This document shows, piece after piece, positions 37,771 to 48,619 of a stretch of DNA of 64,000 nt. Location: the NCBI GenBank assembly GCA_963778115.1, contig CAVZSV010000004.1, positions 1-64,000 of the forward strand, given 5' to 3'. The notes beneath the pieces are model-generated. The model searched no databases and was not told the DNA's origin. It worked only from the letters and a program-made list of their open reading frames with translations. Position 1 is the first letter of the stretch; every line of letters starts with the position of its first letter. This DNA is from an uncultured delta proteobacterium (GTDB lineage Bacteria; Bdellovibrionota; FAC87; UBA2466). The position numbers and the translations under genes are program-made.

Positions 37771-39027
37771 TTAGAAAATAGATATCTTTCCCTTGCGCGG
37801 CATCGCCCGAGCAAGGGCCACCGCGGCCTGTTTCTTCGCGATAAAGGTTCGTTGAGCCAGAGCTTGGACCCTATCGGGAGTTACCGTCTCAAGATCCTTT
37901 AGCACCTCTTCGACGGGAACATACCGCCCAAACACGATCTCGTTTCGTCCCAAGGACTCCTGCCGCGCATCCATATTTTCGCTGGACAGCAGAATTGTCC
38001 CCCGCAATTGGCCCTTTACTACGGAAAGCTCTTTCTCGGTCAAAGGATACTCCTTAAGCCTGGTCACTTCGCGGCCAATAATCTGCAGACATTGGGGCAA
38101 AGACTTAGGCGCCATCGCTACATAGATCGAAAGAATTCCAGTTTCTGAAAACGGAACACAATCGCAATCAACGGTATAGGCCAGCCCCGCCTTTTCCCGA
38201 ATCTCCTGAAAAAGGCGGCTCGACATCCCGCCTCCTAGAAAGAAACTTAATATAAGGGCATCAAAGCGGAAGGGATCTTTAAATCCGATCCCCTCAAAGC
38301 CCAGAAGAAGGTGGAGTTGCTCCGTGTCCATTTTGACCGTCTTCGATCTCGCTTGATAGACAGACCTACGGCGGGCCTTTGGCGCGACACTCTGACTTGG
38401 AAGGGGTGAAAAATATTTCTCACACAACTGCTGAAGCTCTTTCGCGTCCACATTTCCCGCAACCGCGATAACCATATTGCGAGCCGTATAGTGAGTATTG
38501 AAATAATTAATAAGCTGCTTGCGGGAAAAATCCAGTATTGTCTGCCGAGAACCGATAATAGGTTGCCCCAAGGGTCCTTTATCCCACACGGTAGAAAAAA
38601 AGAGATCTCCGATATAATCGTCGGGTGCTTCCTCTACCATCGAAAGCTCTTGTAGCAAGACCTTTCGTTCTCGTTCCAGCTCCTCGGCCGGAAAAGTGGG
38701 ATTCGTAAGCAAGTCGCTCAATACGTCCAGAGCAAGTTCCGTGTTTTCTCTTAGCACGGTCGCGTGAAAGCAGGTGAATTCCCTGTCGGTAAAAGCGTTT
38801 AAATCCCCTCCCACCGACTCAAGGGCCGTCGCCAGAGCGAACGCCGATCGGTTTTTAGTCCCTTTAAAGACCATATGTTCAATGAAGTGGCTTAAACCAT
38901 TTTGACGGGGAGACTCACAAACGCTTCCCACTCGAACCCATACGCCGATGGATACCGACTTAACGTGGGGATGGTGCTCGACCACTAAGGTCATTCCGTT
39001 GGAAAGGGTCGCCTTGGTGTAGGACAA
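37771..39027 (-). CDS. M16 family (pitrilysin-like) peptidase
   Basis: HFIEH inverted zinc motif; LNAFT; GGGMSSRLFQEIRE; typical position after pnp. Confidence 0.94.
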   Translation of the reverse strand: MSYTKATLSNGMTLVVEHHPHVKSVSIGVWVRVGSVCESPRQNGLSHFIEHMVFKGTKNRSAFALATALESVGGDLNAFTDREFTCFHATVLRENTELALDVLSDLLTNPTFPAEELERERKVLLQELSMVEEAPDDYIGDLFFSTVWDKGPLGQPIIGSRQTILDFSRKQLINYFNTHYTARNMVIAVAGNVDAKELQQLCEKYFSPLPSQSVAPKARRRSVYQARSKTVKMDTEQLHLLLGFEGIGFKDPFRFDALILSFFLGGGMSSRLFQEIREKAGLAYTVDCDCVPFSETGILSIYVAMAPKSLPQCLQIIGREVTRLKEYPLTEKELSVVKGQLRGTILLSSENMDARQESLGRNEIVFGRYVPVEEVLKDLETVTPDRVQALAQRTFIAKKQAAVALARAMPRKGKISIF

Positions 39028-39076
39028 TGGCTACCGCCTTTGGGCTAGTCTACTAAAGCAATAAATGGGGAAACGA

Positions 39077-42000
39077 CTATTCGTTTTCTTCTTCGTCCCC
39101 TGCGGTTCGAGAACGGAATCGAGGAAACCCCGGCTCAGAGCGTCCCTGGCGAGGCTCGCGAGCACCTCTGTCACCCTGGGCGGGACCGCGTCCCCCACGA
39201 TCGCCACCACCGCGGCGATTGCCGCGATCTTCGGTGGGACCGTTGCGATCTCTATCAAAATACGGCTCACGTCCCCGATCAAAATCTTTCTCTTCTCTGG
39301 CATCGCGTTCCGCGCGTACACTCAACGTATTGCGATCTATCCGCTCATTGCGCGCCATCCGCTCTTGACGCTCCGGATCCACGTCCCCTCGCTCGGCCCG
39401 TTCCTGTCGGTCGGGCCGATCAAATCCCCGGTCCGCACCGCGATCGGGGGTACGATCAAAGCCTCTATCGATTCCCCGCTCCGGCTCGCGCGGGCCTCGA
39501 AATCCGCGTTCGTTTCCTCTTTCGGGCCGGTCAAAACGATTTCCGCGATCGCCCCCTCTATCGCTTCCAATTCTCTCTCCACCGCGATCGAAATCACCAC
39601 GATCCGAGCGTCCCGGTCCTCGCCCCCCCGCTGGGCGCTCTGAAGCTGAACCCGAACTCGTGCGTTCGGGACGTTCTGTACGTTCAGAGCGGCCGGGGCG
39701 CACGGGCCCCCGGTCATTACGTTCATTGCGATCATTTCTGTCGCGACCAAAGCTGGGACGCGAATCGTGTTCGCGTCCCCGAGATTCCTGATGACGCCCT
39801 TCGCTTCGGCCGCCTCTGTCTCCTCGGCCGCCTCTATCTCCACGGCCGCCGCGATCTCCGCCACGATCGCCTCTATCGGGACGATCGGACCTGTCATTAC
39901 GCTCTGGCCGGTCGGGGCGTTCAGTCCGCTCGGGGCGATCACCACGATCTCTTTCTTCACGAGCTTCGGAAGCCTCCGCTCGAGGACCGCCACCGCCTTC
40001 ATCTCCGCCGCCACCATCTTTGGGCAATAGCGCTTTGCGAGAGAGTCGGATCTTGCCTTGCGAATCCACGTCCAAACATTTTACTTTAATGACGTCGCCT
40101 TCTTTCACGACATCTTCCACGCGTCTAACGCGATGGTGCTCCAGTTCCGAAATATGGACTAAGCCGTCGGTTCCTGGAATAATTTCGACGAAAGCTCCGA
40201 ATTCAGCGATTCGCGATACCCGGCCTTCGTAAATTCTCCCGATCTCGGGCTCCTCGGTAATTCCTTGAATGATGGCGATTGCTTTTTGAGCACTCTCTTC
40301 ATCGGTAGAAGCGATGTGAATGGAACCGTCATCCTCGATGTCGATCTTAACACCCGTCTGCTCGATAATTCCGCGGATTACTTTACCACCCGAACCAATG
40401 ACCTCTCGTACCTTATCCGGCTTAATCTTAATCGTATGGATGCGCGGAGCAAACGGAGACATCTCCGTACGAGGTTGAGCTAGGATCGCATTCATCTTTT
40501 CCAAGACATGAAGTCGTCCTTCACGAGCTTGGGCCAGTGCCTGCTCCATGATCTCTCGGCTAACACCGCCAATTTTGAGATCCATTTGGAAGCCGGTAAC
40601 CCCGTCGGCGGTTCCACAGACTTTAAAATCCATGTCACCCAGATGATCTTCATCACCCAAAATGTCTGAAAGAACGGCGACCTGTTCGCCCTCTTTAATA
40701 AGTCCCATGGCTACACCGGCCACAGCCTTTTGAATCGGAACGCCTGCGTCCATCAAAGCAAGAGATCCGCTACAAACGCTCGCCATCGACGAAGAGCCGT
40801 TAGACTCGAGCACTTCCGCTACAATGCGGATGGTGTAAGGAAACACCTCTTTCGAAGGGATAACGTATTGAAGGGAACGTTCTGCCAAGTGACCATGCCC
40901 AATTTCACGACGTCCCGGTGGACGTAAAGGCCTGGCCTCCCCTACCGAGAACGGCGGGAAATTGTAATGCAATAGAAAGGTCTTTTGGTAGGCTCCCGAG
41001 ATAGCGTCGATCTTTTGCTCGTCATCGCTGGTACCCAAAGTCAGAGCCGAAAGCACTTGGGTCTCACCGCGGGTGAATAAGCCCGTGCCATGAACCCGAG
41101 GAAGAACTCCCACTTCGCAAGTGATGTCTCGAATCGCATTATAAGCCCTACCGTCGATTCGCTTTTTCGATTCTAAGGTGAGCTCTCGCGCATAGGTCGC
41201 TTTAAGTTCGTCAAAATAGAATTCGACAAGCTTGTTCTTAGCAACTTCGGCCGAGGATTTCGGCTCCGCCACCGCGAACTTGTCTTTAACGGTTTTCTTT
41301 AATTCACTAAGAGCCTCGTAACGAAGCAGCTTTTCGCGAATGCTAAACGCATTAGAAAAAGGCGTCCATGCAAAGGTCTTGATCTGCTTCTTGAGCGCTT
41401 CGTCCCGCAGAGGCTTGTCGTAATCGCGTTTCGCTTTATTTCCGGTCTTTTCGCGTAATTCTTCGATAAGGGCAATTACCCTTTGGTTTTGCTCATGAGC
41501 AAAATCCAAGGCTCCCGTCAAAGTCGCTTCACTAACCTCTTTAGCTCCGCCTTCCACCATGATGATTCCGGTCTTAACGCCGGAAACCAAGAGATCGACA
41601 GTACTTTCGGGTTGGTCAGCGGGAGGAGGATTGGCCACGAATTCGCCATCGATCTGTCCCACTCGGCAGGTTCCGATAGGACCACTCCAAGGAATATCCG
41701 AAATATGAAGGGCGGCACTTGCCGCAATTGAAGCCACGATATCGGCTTCGTTCACATTATCGATGCAAAGAACGGTTACCGTCACATTGCAATCGCATAA
41801 GAAATCCTCAGGAAACAAAGGTCTAAGAGGCCTATCGATCAGACGAGCGGAAAGAGTGGCCCTATCCGAGGGCTTGGCTTCTCGCTTGAAGAATCCGCCT
41901 GGGATTCTTCCCGCTGCATAATACTTTTCCTGAAAATCCACCGTGAGGGGAAAAAAGTCCTGTCCTTCTTTGACTTTCTTTCCAGCCACTACGGCTACCA

Positions 42001-42118
42001 GCACTACGGTATCCCCGTACCTGGCCAGTACTGACGCATCGGCTTGTTTAGCGATATGTCCTGTTTGGAGGGTTAAAGTTCGACCACCGTAGTCTAAGCT
42101 AACTTCCACTACGCCCAT
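39077..42118 (-). CDS. pnp: Polynucleotide phosphorylase with long C-terminal low-complexity tail
   Basis: FFPLTVD, RIDGR, FTRGETQ, SNGSSSMASVC, EDHLGDMDFK, KH and S1 domains; then about 315 aa rich in R/G/D/E. Confidence 0.97.
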   Translation of the reverse strand: MGVVEVSLDYGGRTLTLQTGHIAKQADASVLARYGDTVVLVAVVAGKKVKEGQDFFPLTVDFQEKYYAAGRIPGGFFKREAKPSDRATLSARLIDRPLRPLFPEDFLCDCNVTVTVLCIDNVNEADIVASIAASAALHISDIPWSGPIGTCRVGQIDGEFVANPPPADQPESTVDLLVSGVKTGIIMVEGGAKEVSEATLTGALDFAHEQNQRVIALIEELREKTGNKAKRDYDKPLRDEALKKQIKTFAWTPFSNAFSIREKLLRYEALSELKKTVKDKFAVAEPKSSAEVAKNKLVEFYFDELKATYARELTLESKKRIDGRAYNAIRDITCEVGVLPRVHGTGLFTRGETQVLSALTLGTSDDEQKIDAISGAYQKTFLLHYNFPPFSVGEARPLRPPGRREIGHGHLAERSLQYVIPSKEVFPYTIRIVAEVLESNGSSSMASVCSGSLALMDAGVPIQKAVAGVAMGLIKEGEQVAVLSDILGDEDHLGDMDFKVCGTADGVTGFQMDLKIGGVSREIMEQALAQAREGRLHVLEKMNAILAQPRTEMSPFAPRIHTIKIKPDKVREVIGSGGKVIRGIIEQTGVKIDIEDDGSIHIASTDEESAQKAIAIIQGITEEPEIGRIYEGRVSRIAEFGAFVEIIPGTDGLVHISELEHHRVRRVEDVVKEGDVIKVKCLDVDSQGKIRLSRKALLPKDGGGGDEGGGGPRAEASEAREERDRGDRPERTERPDRPERNDRSDRPDRGDRGGDRGGRGDRGGRGDRGGRSEGRHQESRGREHDSRPSFGRDRNDRNERNDRGPVRPGRSERTERPERTSSGSASERPAGGRGPGRSDRGDFDRGGERIGSDRGGDRGNRFDRPERGNERGFRGPREPERGIDRGFDRTPDRGADRGFDRPDRQERAERGDVDPERQERMARNERIDRNTLSVRAERDAREEKDFDRGREPYFDRDRNGPTEDRGNRRGGGDRGGRGPAQGDRGAREPRQGRSEPGFPRFRSRTAGDEEENE

Positions 42119-42149
42119 AGATGATTGCCTCTTTTTTCTTTCCGCTGCT

Positions 42150-42183
42150 TACGGGAATTTTTGGGCGGTATGCCCTTCCCGCA
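42150..42183 (-). promoter_or_regulatory. Stem-loop in the rpsO-pnp intergenic leader
   Basis: TGCGGGAA/TTCCCGTA outer stem with GGGC/GCCC inner stem; position analogous to pnp leader hairpins. Confidence 0.45.
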
Positions 42184-42184
42184 T

Positions 42185-42454
42185 TTATTTACGAATGTTC
42201 AATCGCTCGATTACTTTCTTGTATCGAGTAGCATCCGTGTTTTTCAGATAATCGAGGAGGCGACGACGACGTCCGACGAGCTGAAGAAGTCCCCGACGGG
42301 AATGATGGTCCTTCTTGTGCTCTTTAAAGTGCGGAGTCAGTTCATTGATCCGCTCTGTCAGCAAAGCCACCTGAATTTCTGGTGATCCGGTATCTCTTTC
42401 GTGAACCCGATATCCGGTAATGACCTCTGTTTTCTTAACTTTCGTAAGACTCAA
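42185..42454 (-). CDS. rpsO: 30S ribosomal protein S15
   Basis: [26 protein letters not shown] start. Confidence 0.98.
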   Translation of the reverse strand: MSLTKVKKTEVITGYRVHERDTGSPEIQVALLTERINELTPHFKEHKKDHHSRRGLLQLVGRRRRLLDYLKNTDATRYKKVIERLNIRK

Positions 42455-42473
42455 TGTAACCTCTTAGATCCCT

Positions 42474-43256
42474 TTAATTTAGCAAGCTATTACCATTGTT
42501 ATTTCTCATTTGCAATTGAGGATCCTTGGAAAGGGCTCCCCCATTTCGAACAAGTCCTTCGGTCCTAAGCAAGCGGACATAGTTGTGAAACCCTTGATTC
42601 ATCGCCAGCGGCAAATCCGACGCGATGGTCTCCAAAGTTCCGCTGTCGGCGAGAGTAAACTCGCCACACGTCAGCCGCCTCAATTCAGCCAAATGGGCGA
42701 CCGTACCCAGCCGCTTGCCGATATCATCAGCAAGACTGCGGATGTAAGTTCCTTTGGAACAGTGCACCTCAAAATGGATGAAGGGCGGCTCCCAGCCAAG
42801 AAAATCCATGCGGTAAAGCTGAACGGGAATGGGAAGGCGCCGAACATTTATATTTTGGCGCGCTAGCGAATACAGTCTCACCCCGTTTACCTTCTTGGCG
42901 CTAAACATGGGGGGGGTTTGCATCCATTCCCCTTCATAGCTCTTAAGAAGGCTCTCAATTTCGGCCTCAAGTAGCTCCGGAACGGGCATCTGTTTGTCTA
43001 TCTTGCCCGTGCGATCCATGCTGTCGGTCGATTCTCCCAGCTTCACTTTGGCCCGATAGCTCTTATCCGCATTCAAAAGCGCGTTAGAGAGCTTGGTAGC
43101 TCTCCCCAAGAGCAAAATGAGCACGCCACTTGCAAAAGGGTCTAGGCTCCCCGTATGGCCCACTTTCGTATCGCCGACTAGCCGCTTCACCTGACGAACC
43201 ACATCGAAACTTGTTGGTCCCGGAGACTTATCAATCACTAATAGCGCTTCTCTCAT
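42474..43256 (-). CDS. truB: tRNA pseudouridine(55) synthase
   Basis: GHTGSLDP, PPMFSAKK, CSKGTYIRSL; short form without an evident PUA domain. Confidence 0.96.
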   Translation of the reverse strand: MREALLVIDKSPGPTSFDVVRQVKRLVGDTKVGHTGSLDPFASGVLILLLGRATKLSNALLNADKSYRAKVKLGESTDSMDRTGKIDKQMPVPELLEAEIESLLKSYEGEWMQTPPMFSAKKVNGVRLYSLARQNINVRRLPIPVQLYRMDFLGWEPPFIHFEVHCSKGTYIRSLADDIGKRLGTVAHLAELRRLTCGEFTLADSGTLETIASDLPLAMNQGFHNYVRLLRTEGLVRNGGALSKDPQLQMRNNNGNSLLN

Positions 43257-43624
43257 GTCGTCTCCAAATCCTTTGGCGTTTCCTTTTGCACCTCGTGCAA
43301 AAGAGTAAACACTCGGTCTACCGAGTCATTATGGGTATCTTCTTCAAATTCCAATGAGGGGACGTAACGTAAATCGAGATTGTCCCCCAACTTTCTGCGA
43401 AAGAACGGCATCGCTCGACTCAACCCTCGCTGAATATCCTTTGCCTTTAGCTTGGTATCCCCAAGCGAAAAAAAGACTCTAGCGTGCTTTAAGTCCTTAC
43501 TCAATTCAACTTCGTTAACCTGGAGAACAGAAAGTGCCGGATCGGCTATCTCTTCCAACAGAATCTTAGCTAGCTCCGCTCGAATCATCGAGGCCACCCG
43601 CTGCGTGCGCCGACTGTTGTCCAT
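43253..43624 (-). CDS. rbfA: Ribosome-binding factor A
   Basis: RTQRVA, SKDLKHARV, LRYVPSLEF; synteny. Confidence 0.95.
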   Translation of the reverse strand: MDNSRRTQRVASMIRAELAKILLEEIADPALSVLQVNEVELSKDLKHARVFFSLGDTKLKAKDIQRGLSRAMPFFRRKLGDNLDLRYVPSLEFEEDTHNDSVDRVFTLLHEVQKETPKDLETT

Positions 43625-46276
43625 CTACAAAGTGCCCTTCACTTCTTCCTTAATGAAGGCCTCGAATTGGTCGCCGTTCTTTAAGTCGTTAAAGCCTTCT
43701 AATCCAATTCCGCACTCAAATCCCTGGGCGACCTCTCTAACGTCCTCTTTAAAACGTTTCAAAGATGAAATCTTGCCTTCATAAACCACCCGACTGTCTC
43801 TGAGCAGACGAAGGAAGCAACCGCGCTGTACTTTCCCGTCGATAACCGCACTGCCTGCGATAGTTCCAATCTTGGGAATGTGGAATACGTTGCGGACTTC
43901 GGCCCGTCCGATGACCTTTTCCTTGTGTCCAACGATAAGTAGCCCTTCCAGCATCTTCTTAACGTCTTCGAGCAAGTCGTAGATGATGCTGTACGTTTTT
44001 AAATCCACGCCTTCGGCATCCGCAAGTTTCTGAGCCTTGACGTCGGGCCTCACGTTAAACCCCAAGATGACAGCCCTACTTGCGGCCGCCAAATTCACAT
44101 CACTCTCGGTAATTCCGCCGGTTCCCCCGTGAAGCAATTTCAACTTCACTTTGTCCGAGGGGAATTTGGAAAGAGCTTCTTTTAAGGCTTCGGCCGAACC
44201 TTGGGCGTCGGCTTTCAAAATAACCCTAAGCTCGCCCTCGGTAGCCGTCGCCGACATAATGTCTTCGAGCGTCAGCTTCGCCGTCGGAGACTCCCCGCTG
44301 CGTTGGCGATACAAATTACGACGAGCCTGCGTCAGCTCTTTCGCATTTTTCTCGTCTACTACGACAAACAGCTCGTCGCCCACGTTGGGAACTTCAGGAA
44401 GTCCTAAAATTTCCACAGGGTCACTGGGGCCGGCTTCTTTAACCCGTTCTCCCAAAGAGTTGGTCATCGCGCGAATTTTACCGAAGGTCACTCCGCAAGC
44501 GACGTTATCACCGGCTTTGAGCTTGCCGTGCTGAACTAATACAGTCGCCATGACCCCTTTATTCTTATCGAGTTTAGATTCGATGATAATACCCCGGGCC
44601 GGCGCTTCGAAATTAGCTTTCAGCTCCAAGAGCTCAGCTTGTAATAAAATACTCTCAAGGAGTTTATCTAAACCGATTCCTGTCTTGGCCGAGACATTGA
44701 CGTAAATGGTATCGCCACCCCACTCTTCGGGATTAAGTCCCTGGCCCGCCAGAGTCTGCTTAATACGATCGGGATTTCCGTCAGGCAGATCCACTTTATT
44801 TACCGCTACAATAATGGGCACATTGCCCGCCTTGGCGTGATTGATCGACTCCGACGTTTGCGGCATGACACCGTCTACGGCGGAGACGACAACGACCACG
44901 ATATCGGTCACTTTGGCTCCGCGCGCGCGCATCGCCGTGAAAGCCTCGTGACCCGGAGTATCAATGAACGCTATCTTACCTTTGGGCAATTGGACGGTAT
45001 AAGCACCCACATGCTGGGTAATTCCTCCCGCTTCACCAGCCGCCACTTTGGTCTTACGAATCGCGTCGAGAAGACTCGTCTTTCCGTGATCGACGTGCCC
45101 CATGATGGTCACTACAGGCGCTCGAGGTTGTAGCTTCTCGGGGCTTACATCTTGTACGGGAACGAATTCATCTTCTTTAAATATTTTCTGCTTTATTTCG
45201 TAGCCAAACTCTTGGGCAACGAGGCTCGCCGTATCGTGATCGATGTTCTGATTGAGGGTCGCCTGAGCGCCCATTCCCATAAGTTTAGAGATGATGGCCG
45301 TCCCTTTGACACCCATCTCTTTGGCAAGTTCCGCTACCGTAATGTTTTCGCCCATCTCGACAACCCGTTTATGGGCACCCGGTGTGGTCAGAATAGTTTT
45401 CATCGCGGGCCGATTGATGACCGTTTTCTTCTTCTTGGTCGAGTGGACGAGTTCACGCTTCAAGAAGTCGGCGCTCTTAAAAGCGCCAGTCTGTCTTTCG
45501 ACAATTCGTCTTTTGGTATCCTTGGCAACTTCCGCGGGGACCAGTTCAATCTCCTGGACCCGTTTGGGCATTCCTGTTTTTGCAGCGTCGGTAGCCGCCG
45601 TGGCTCCCGCTTTTGCACCCGCGGCTGTTTTGGTACCCGGCTTTTCCTCTTTTTTCACTGGTGTCGGCGGCTTAGGTCCGACCTTTTCGCCCAAATACTG
45701 CTCGGTCGCTACCTTCTTAATGATGGAAGGATAGCTGCGGCGAGGCTTTGCAGGAGCAACTACGGGTTTGCCTTCGCTGGCAACCGGAGCTGCGGTGCTC
45801 GGAGCGGCACTTGACACTGCTGCAGGGGTTTCTAAGACTTCAACAGACTCCTCTTCTTCGGGAGCGGCTTCAACGGAGGTCTCCTCGGAACTAGTTTCAG
45901 AAAACTCTTCGGTTGCTTCCGCCATTGCTGGCGCTTCGGCCGCAGAGGCTTCCATTGCTTCAGTCACTTCGGGCTCAGTTGGCGCTTCGGTGGCTTCTAC
46001 TTTGTCGGTCGCTTTGGCCCGACGTCTAATGACAGTCGCTCCCACTCGTTTTTCCGTTACCGGTGATTTCCCGGGAACCGGGACTGCGGCCTTCGTAGAG
46101 GCGGTCAAAGGGCGCTGTTTGCGGTAGTACTCGCGAATGTTGCGAACCTCTTCGGTTCCCAAAACACTCATGGGATTCTTGATATCGATACCGAGTCGTT
46201 GAATAACATCCACCAGGTGCTGACTGTCCTGGCCGAGTTCTTTCGCTAACTCATAGACTTTTAGTTTAGTGGACAT
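43625..46276 (-). CDS. infB: Translation initiation factor IF-2
   Basis: [33 protein letters not shown]. Confidence 0.98.
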   Translation of the reverse strand: MSTKLKVYELAKELGQDSQHLVDVIQRLGIDIKNPMSVLGTEEVRNIREYYRKQRPLTASTKAAVPVPGKSPVTEKRVGATVIRRRAKATDKVEATEAPTEPEVTEAMEASAAEAPAMAEATEEFSETSSEETSVEAAPEEEESVEVLETPAAVSSAAPSTAAPVASEGKPVVAPAKPRRSYPSIIKKVATEQYLGEKVGPKPPTPVKKEEKPGTKTAAGAKAGATAATDAAKTGMPKRVQEIELVPAEVAKDTKRRIVERQTGAFKSADFLKRELVHSTKKKKTVINRPAMKTILTTPGAHKRVVEMGENITVAELAKEMGVKGTAIISKLMGMGAQATLNQNIDHDTASLVAQEFGYEIKQKIFKEDEFVPVQDVSPEKLQPRAPVVTIMGHVDHGKTSLLDAIRKTKVAAGEAGGITQHVGAYTVQLPKGKIAFIDTPGHEAFTAMRARGAKVTDIVVVVVSAVDGVMPQTSESINHAKAGNVPIIVAVNKVDLPDGNPDRIKQTLAGQGLNPEEWGGDTIYVNVSAKTGIGLDKLLESILLQAELLELKANFEAPARGIIIESKLDKNKGVMATVLVQHGKLKAGDNVACGVTFGKIRAMTNSLGERVKEAGPSDPVEILGLPEVPNVGDELFVVVDEKNAKELTQARRNLYRQRSGESPTAKLTLEDIMSATATEGELRVILKADAQGSAEALKEALSKFPSDKVKLKLLHGGTGGITESDVNLAAASRAVILGFNVRPDVKAQKLADAEGVDLKTYSIIYDLLEDVKKMLEGLLIVGHKEKVIGRAEVRNVFHIPKIGTIAGSAVIDGKVQRGCFLRLLRDSRVVYEGKISSLKRFKEDVREVAQGFECGIGLEGFNDLKNGDQFEAFIKEEVKGTL

Positions 46277-47749
46277 TTATTCCTTTGCGTTGGTACTTCC
46301 CGCGGCTTCCGTTGTGGTCTTCGTTGTTTCGGGTTCCGTTGCTGCGCTGCTAGCAGCGGCCTCCGTTTTTGCGGTGTTTTCGCTGCTCTTCTTGCGGTCC
46401 TCATGCGCTTTTACCTCCGCCTTCAACCGAGCAAAGACATCGTCGGTAGAAGGTTTCGCCGCCACCGCAGCAAGCCTAGCCGCTTCGTTTAGTTTCGCTG
46501 CCATCTCCGCTAGCTTGCCGGAGCTGATAAACTTCGCAGCGTTCTCCTTAATCTCTTTGGCCTTTTCCTCGGTAAACCCGGGAACGGTCATGAGGTTGGG
46601 GATTTCAACGTTCACCAACTGCTCCACCGTAAAGCCGAAATGGTACAAGCTCTGAGCCAATGTGTCATTCATGCCTTCAACTCCCATTAAAAGGGTCTTG
46701 GCATCATCGAGACGCTTGGTCATGCGTGTTTCGGAAAGGATATCCAATTTCCATCCGGTCAAAATAGAAGCAAGCTTTACGTTTTGCCCGCGTTTTCCGA
46801 TGGCAAGCGAGAGCTGATTATCCGCGACGACAATCTCCATGGCATGGTTCTCGTCGTCTAAAAGGACCTTTACCACTTCGGCGGGTGCCAAAGCGTTACA
46901 GACGAAACGCGTTTCGTTTTCATCCCAAGGTACGATATCAATTTTTTCGCCTCGTAGCTCTTGGACGACATTTTGAACTCTGGCCCCTTTAACACCGACG
47001 CAGGCGCCCACCGGATCAACATCCGGATCGCTAGAGCTGACGGCGATCTTGGCGCGGATGCCGGGCTCCCGTGCCGCACTCTTAATGGTAACGATCCCCT
47101 CATTCACCTCAGGGACCTCCTGTTTAAAGAGTTGGACCAGCAGTTCCGGACACGTTCTAGAGAGCACAATTTTTGGACCGCGCGGGGTCTGCTGCACGTC
47201 GATCAAAAAACCCATGACTCTATCGCCGGGGCGATAGTGTTCACCAGGAATCTGTTCGCGGGCGGGCAAAATCGCATCGGTTCGTCCTAAATCGACGACT
47301 AAACATCCCTTTTCGATCCGACGGCAAACGCCGCTCACCACTTCGCCCTTACGAACGTTAAATTCTTTAAAGATGATATCCCGCTCGGCATCTCTTACCT
47401 TCTGGATGATAACTTGCTTTGCCGTCTGCGCGGCAATGCGGCCGAATTCCGAGGAATCAAGCTTCACTCCGATACTGTCTCCCACAGTGACATCGGGATC
47501 CAACTTCTGAGCATCCGCATGGGCAATTTCGGTATCTGAGTTGGCCGCCTCTTCGACGACCGTCTTAAATTGAAATAGTTCTATCTCGCCCAAATCTTCG
47601 TTGAAATGCGCCTCGATCTCTTTTTCTAAGCCATATTTTTTCTTGGCGGCCATAAGAAGTGCCGACTCAAGGGCATCCACCAGGACTGCTTTATCGATCC
47701 CTTTGTCCTTCTCGACCTGCTCTATTACTCTACCTAATTCTGAAGCCAT
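46277..47749 (-). CDS. nusA: Transcription factor NusA
   Basis: GRIAAQTAKQVI, S1 domain, DPVGACVG, AIGKRGQNV. Confidence 0.98.
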   Translation of the reverse strand: MASELGRVIEQVEKDKGIDKAVLVDALESALLMAAKKKYGLEKEIEAHFNEDLGEIELFQFKTVVEEAANSDTEIAHADAQKLDPDVTVGDSIGVKLDSSEFGRIAAQTAKQVIIQKVRDAERDIIFKEFNVRKGEVVSGVCRRIEKGCLVVDLGRTDAILPAREQIPGEHYRPGDRVMGFLIDVQQTPRGPKIVLSRTCPELLVQLFKQEVPEVNEGIVTIKSAAREPGIRAKIAVSSSDPDVDPVGACVGVKGARVQNVVQELRGEKIDIVPWDENETRFVCNALAPAEVVKVLLDDENHAMEIVVADNQLSLAIGKRGQNVKLASILTGWKLDILSETRMTKRLDDAKTLLMGVEGMNDTLAQSLYHFGFTVEQLVNVEIPNLMTVPGFTEEKAKEIKENAAKFISSGKLAEMAAKLNEAARLAAVAAKPSTDDVFARLKAEVKAHEDRKKSSENTAKTEAAASSAATEPETTKTTTEAAGSTNAKE

Positions 47750-47863
47750 ATTGGTTTGTCCTTTTATCCTTCTATCTAATACAACAGCGGCAGTGTGCTC
47801 CTACGTGACTCCAAGGTCCGCTATCTTCTAAATCAATTGGACCGACTGCGCTAGTAGCAATCA

Positions 47864-48439
47864 CTAAGCAACCGTTCCCGTCCTCGTACTAGGCCCGTTA
47901 CCCTTTGCTCCACTGAAGTCGGGAACGAGATTGGCCTGTTTGATTTGTCCAAGGGCGACTACCACTTCATCCTTTTCTATTTTCATGACCAAATTCCCGG
48001 GATCCACTTTCAGTAAGGTTCCCGAGATATTCGCTCCGCGAGGCAAAAGCCTTTCGTTGAGCTTTAACTTTACTTCTTTTCCGACAAAGCGCTCGAAATC
48101 CGCTCGAAGTCGCAACCGTCGGTCCATTCCAGGGGATGAGACCTCAAGATCGTAACCCCCTGGAAACCAATCAGCCCTTACCCCATCTTCGCCGGCCGCT
48201 TGAGCGTCTATTACATCGAAAGCTGCACTTATTTTACGGCTCGCTTGCGCACAGTTTTCCAAAGAAACCATGGCAGAGGCGGGTTCGCCTTCGATACGTT
48301 CAATGAAAAGTCTCACTAAAGATCGCCCACTGACCCTGCAATCCACATCCACCACACGAAGGCCTAGATCCCCAATAGCGGCCTCGACAATAGCTAATAC
48401 TTTCAATTCAAGAGCTGTTTTTGAAATAGAATCAGCCAC
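47864..48439 (-). CDS. rimP: Ribosome maturation factor RimP
   Basis: VRLFIE, LENCAQAS, YDLEVSSPGMDR; synteny. Confidence 0.95.
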   Translation of the reverse strand: MADSISKTALELKVLAIVEAAIGDLGLRVVDVDCRVSGRSLVRLFIERIEGEPASAMVSLENCAQASRKISAAFDVIDAQAAGEDGVRADWFPGGYDLEVSSPGMDRRLRLRADFERFVGKEVKLKLNERLLPRGANISGTLLKVDPGNLVMKIEKDEVVVALGQIKQANLVPDFSGAKGNGPSTRTGTVA

Positions 48440-48493
48440 TTAACGCAACCTCTGGGGGTCCCACGTCAACCAACGGTGGTCATACAAAGGGTT

Positions 48494-48523
48494 AAAAAAC
48501 AAAAAGCGGGCCTAGCCCGCTTT
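48494..48523 (-). terminator. rimP leader terminator/attenuator hairpin
   Basis: AAAGCGGGC-TAG-GCCCGCTTTTTGTTTTTT on the minus strand, upstream of rimP-nusA. Confidence 0.8.
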
Positions 48524-48619
48524 CGTAATAACCACTCAAGTGCGATGGTTTTAACAGCTTTTTTCGGCAAAAACAAGTTTCTGATGGGAAGCAATGGCTA
48601 GAAAAAAAGGAATGGCTGG

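Noticed and set aside
39065..40030. Overlapping 87-226 aa ORFs in other frames of the pnp tail
   Set aside because: Shadows of a GC-rich repetitive coding sequence with few stop codons; no SD or motif support
45152..46655. Plus-strand ORFs antisense to infB and nusA
   Set aside because: They fully overlap essential conserved genes
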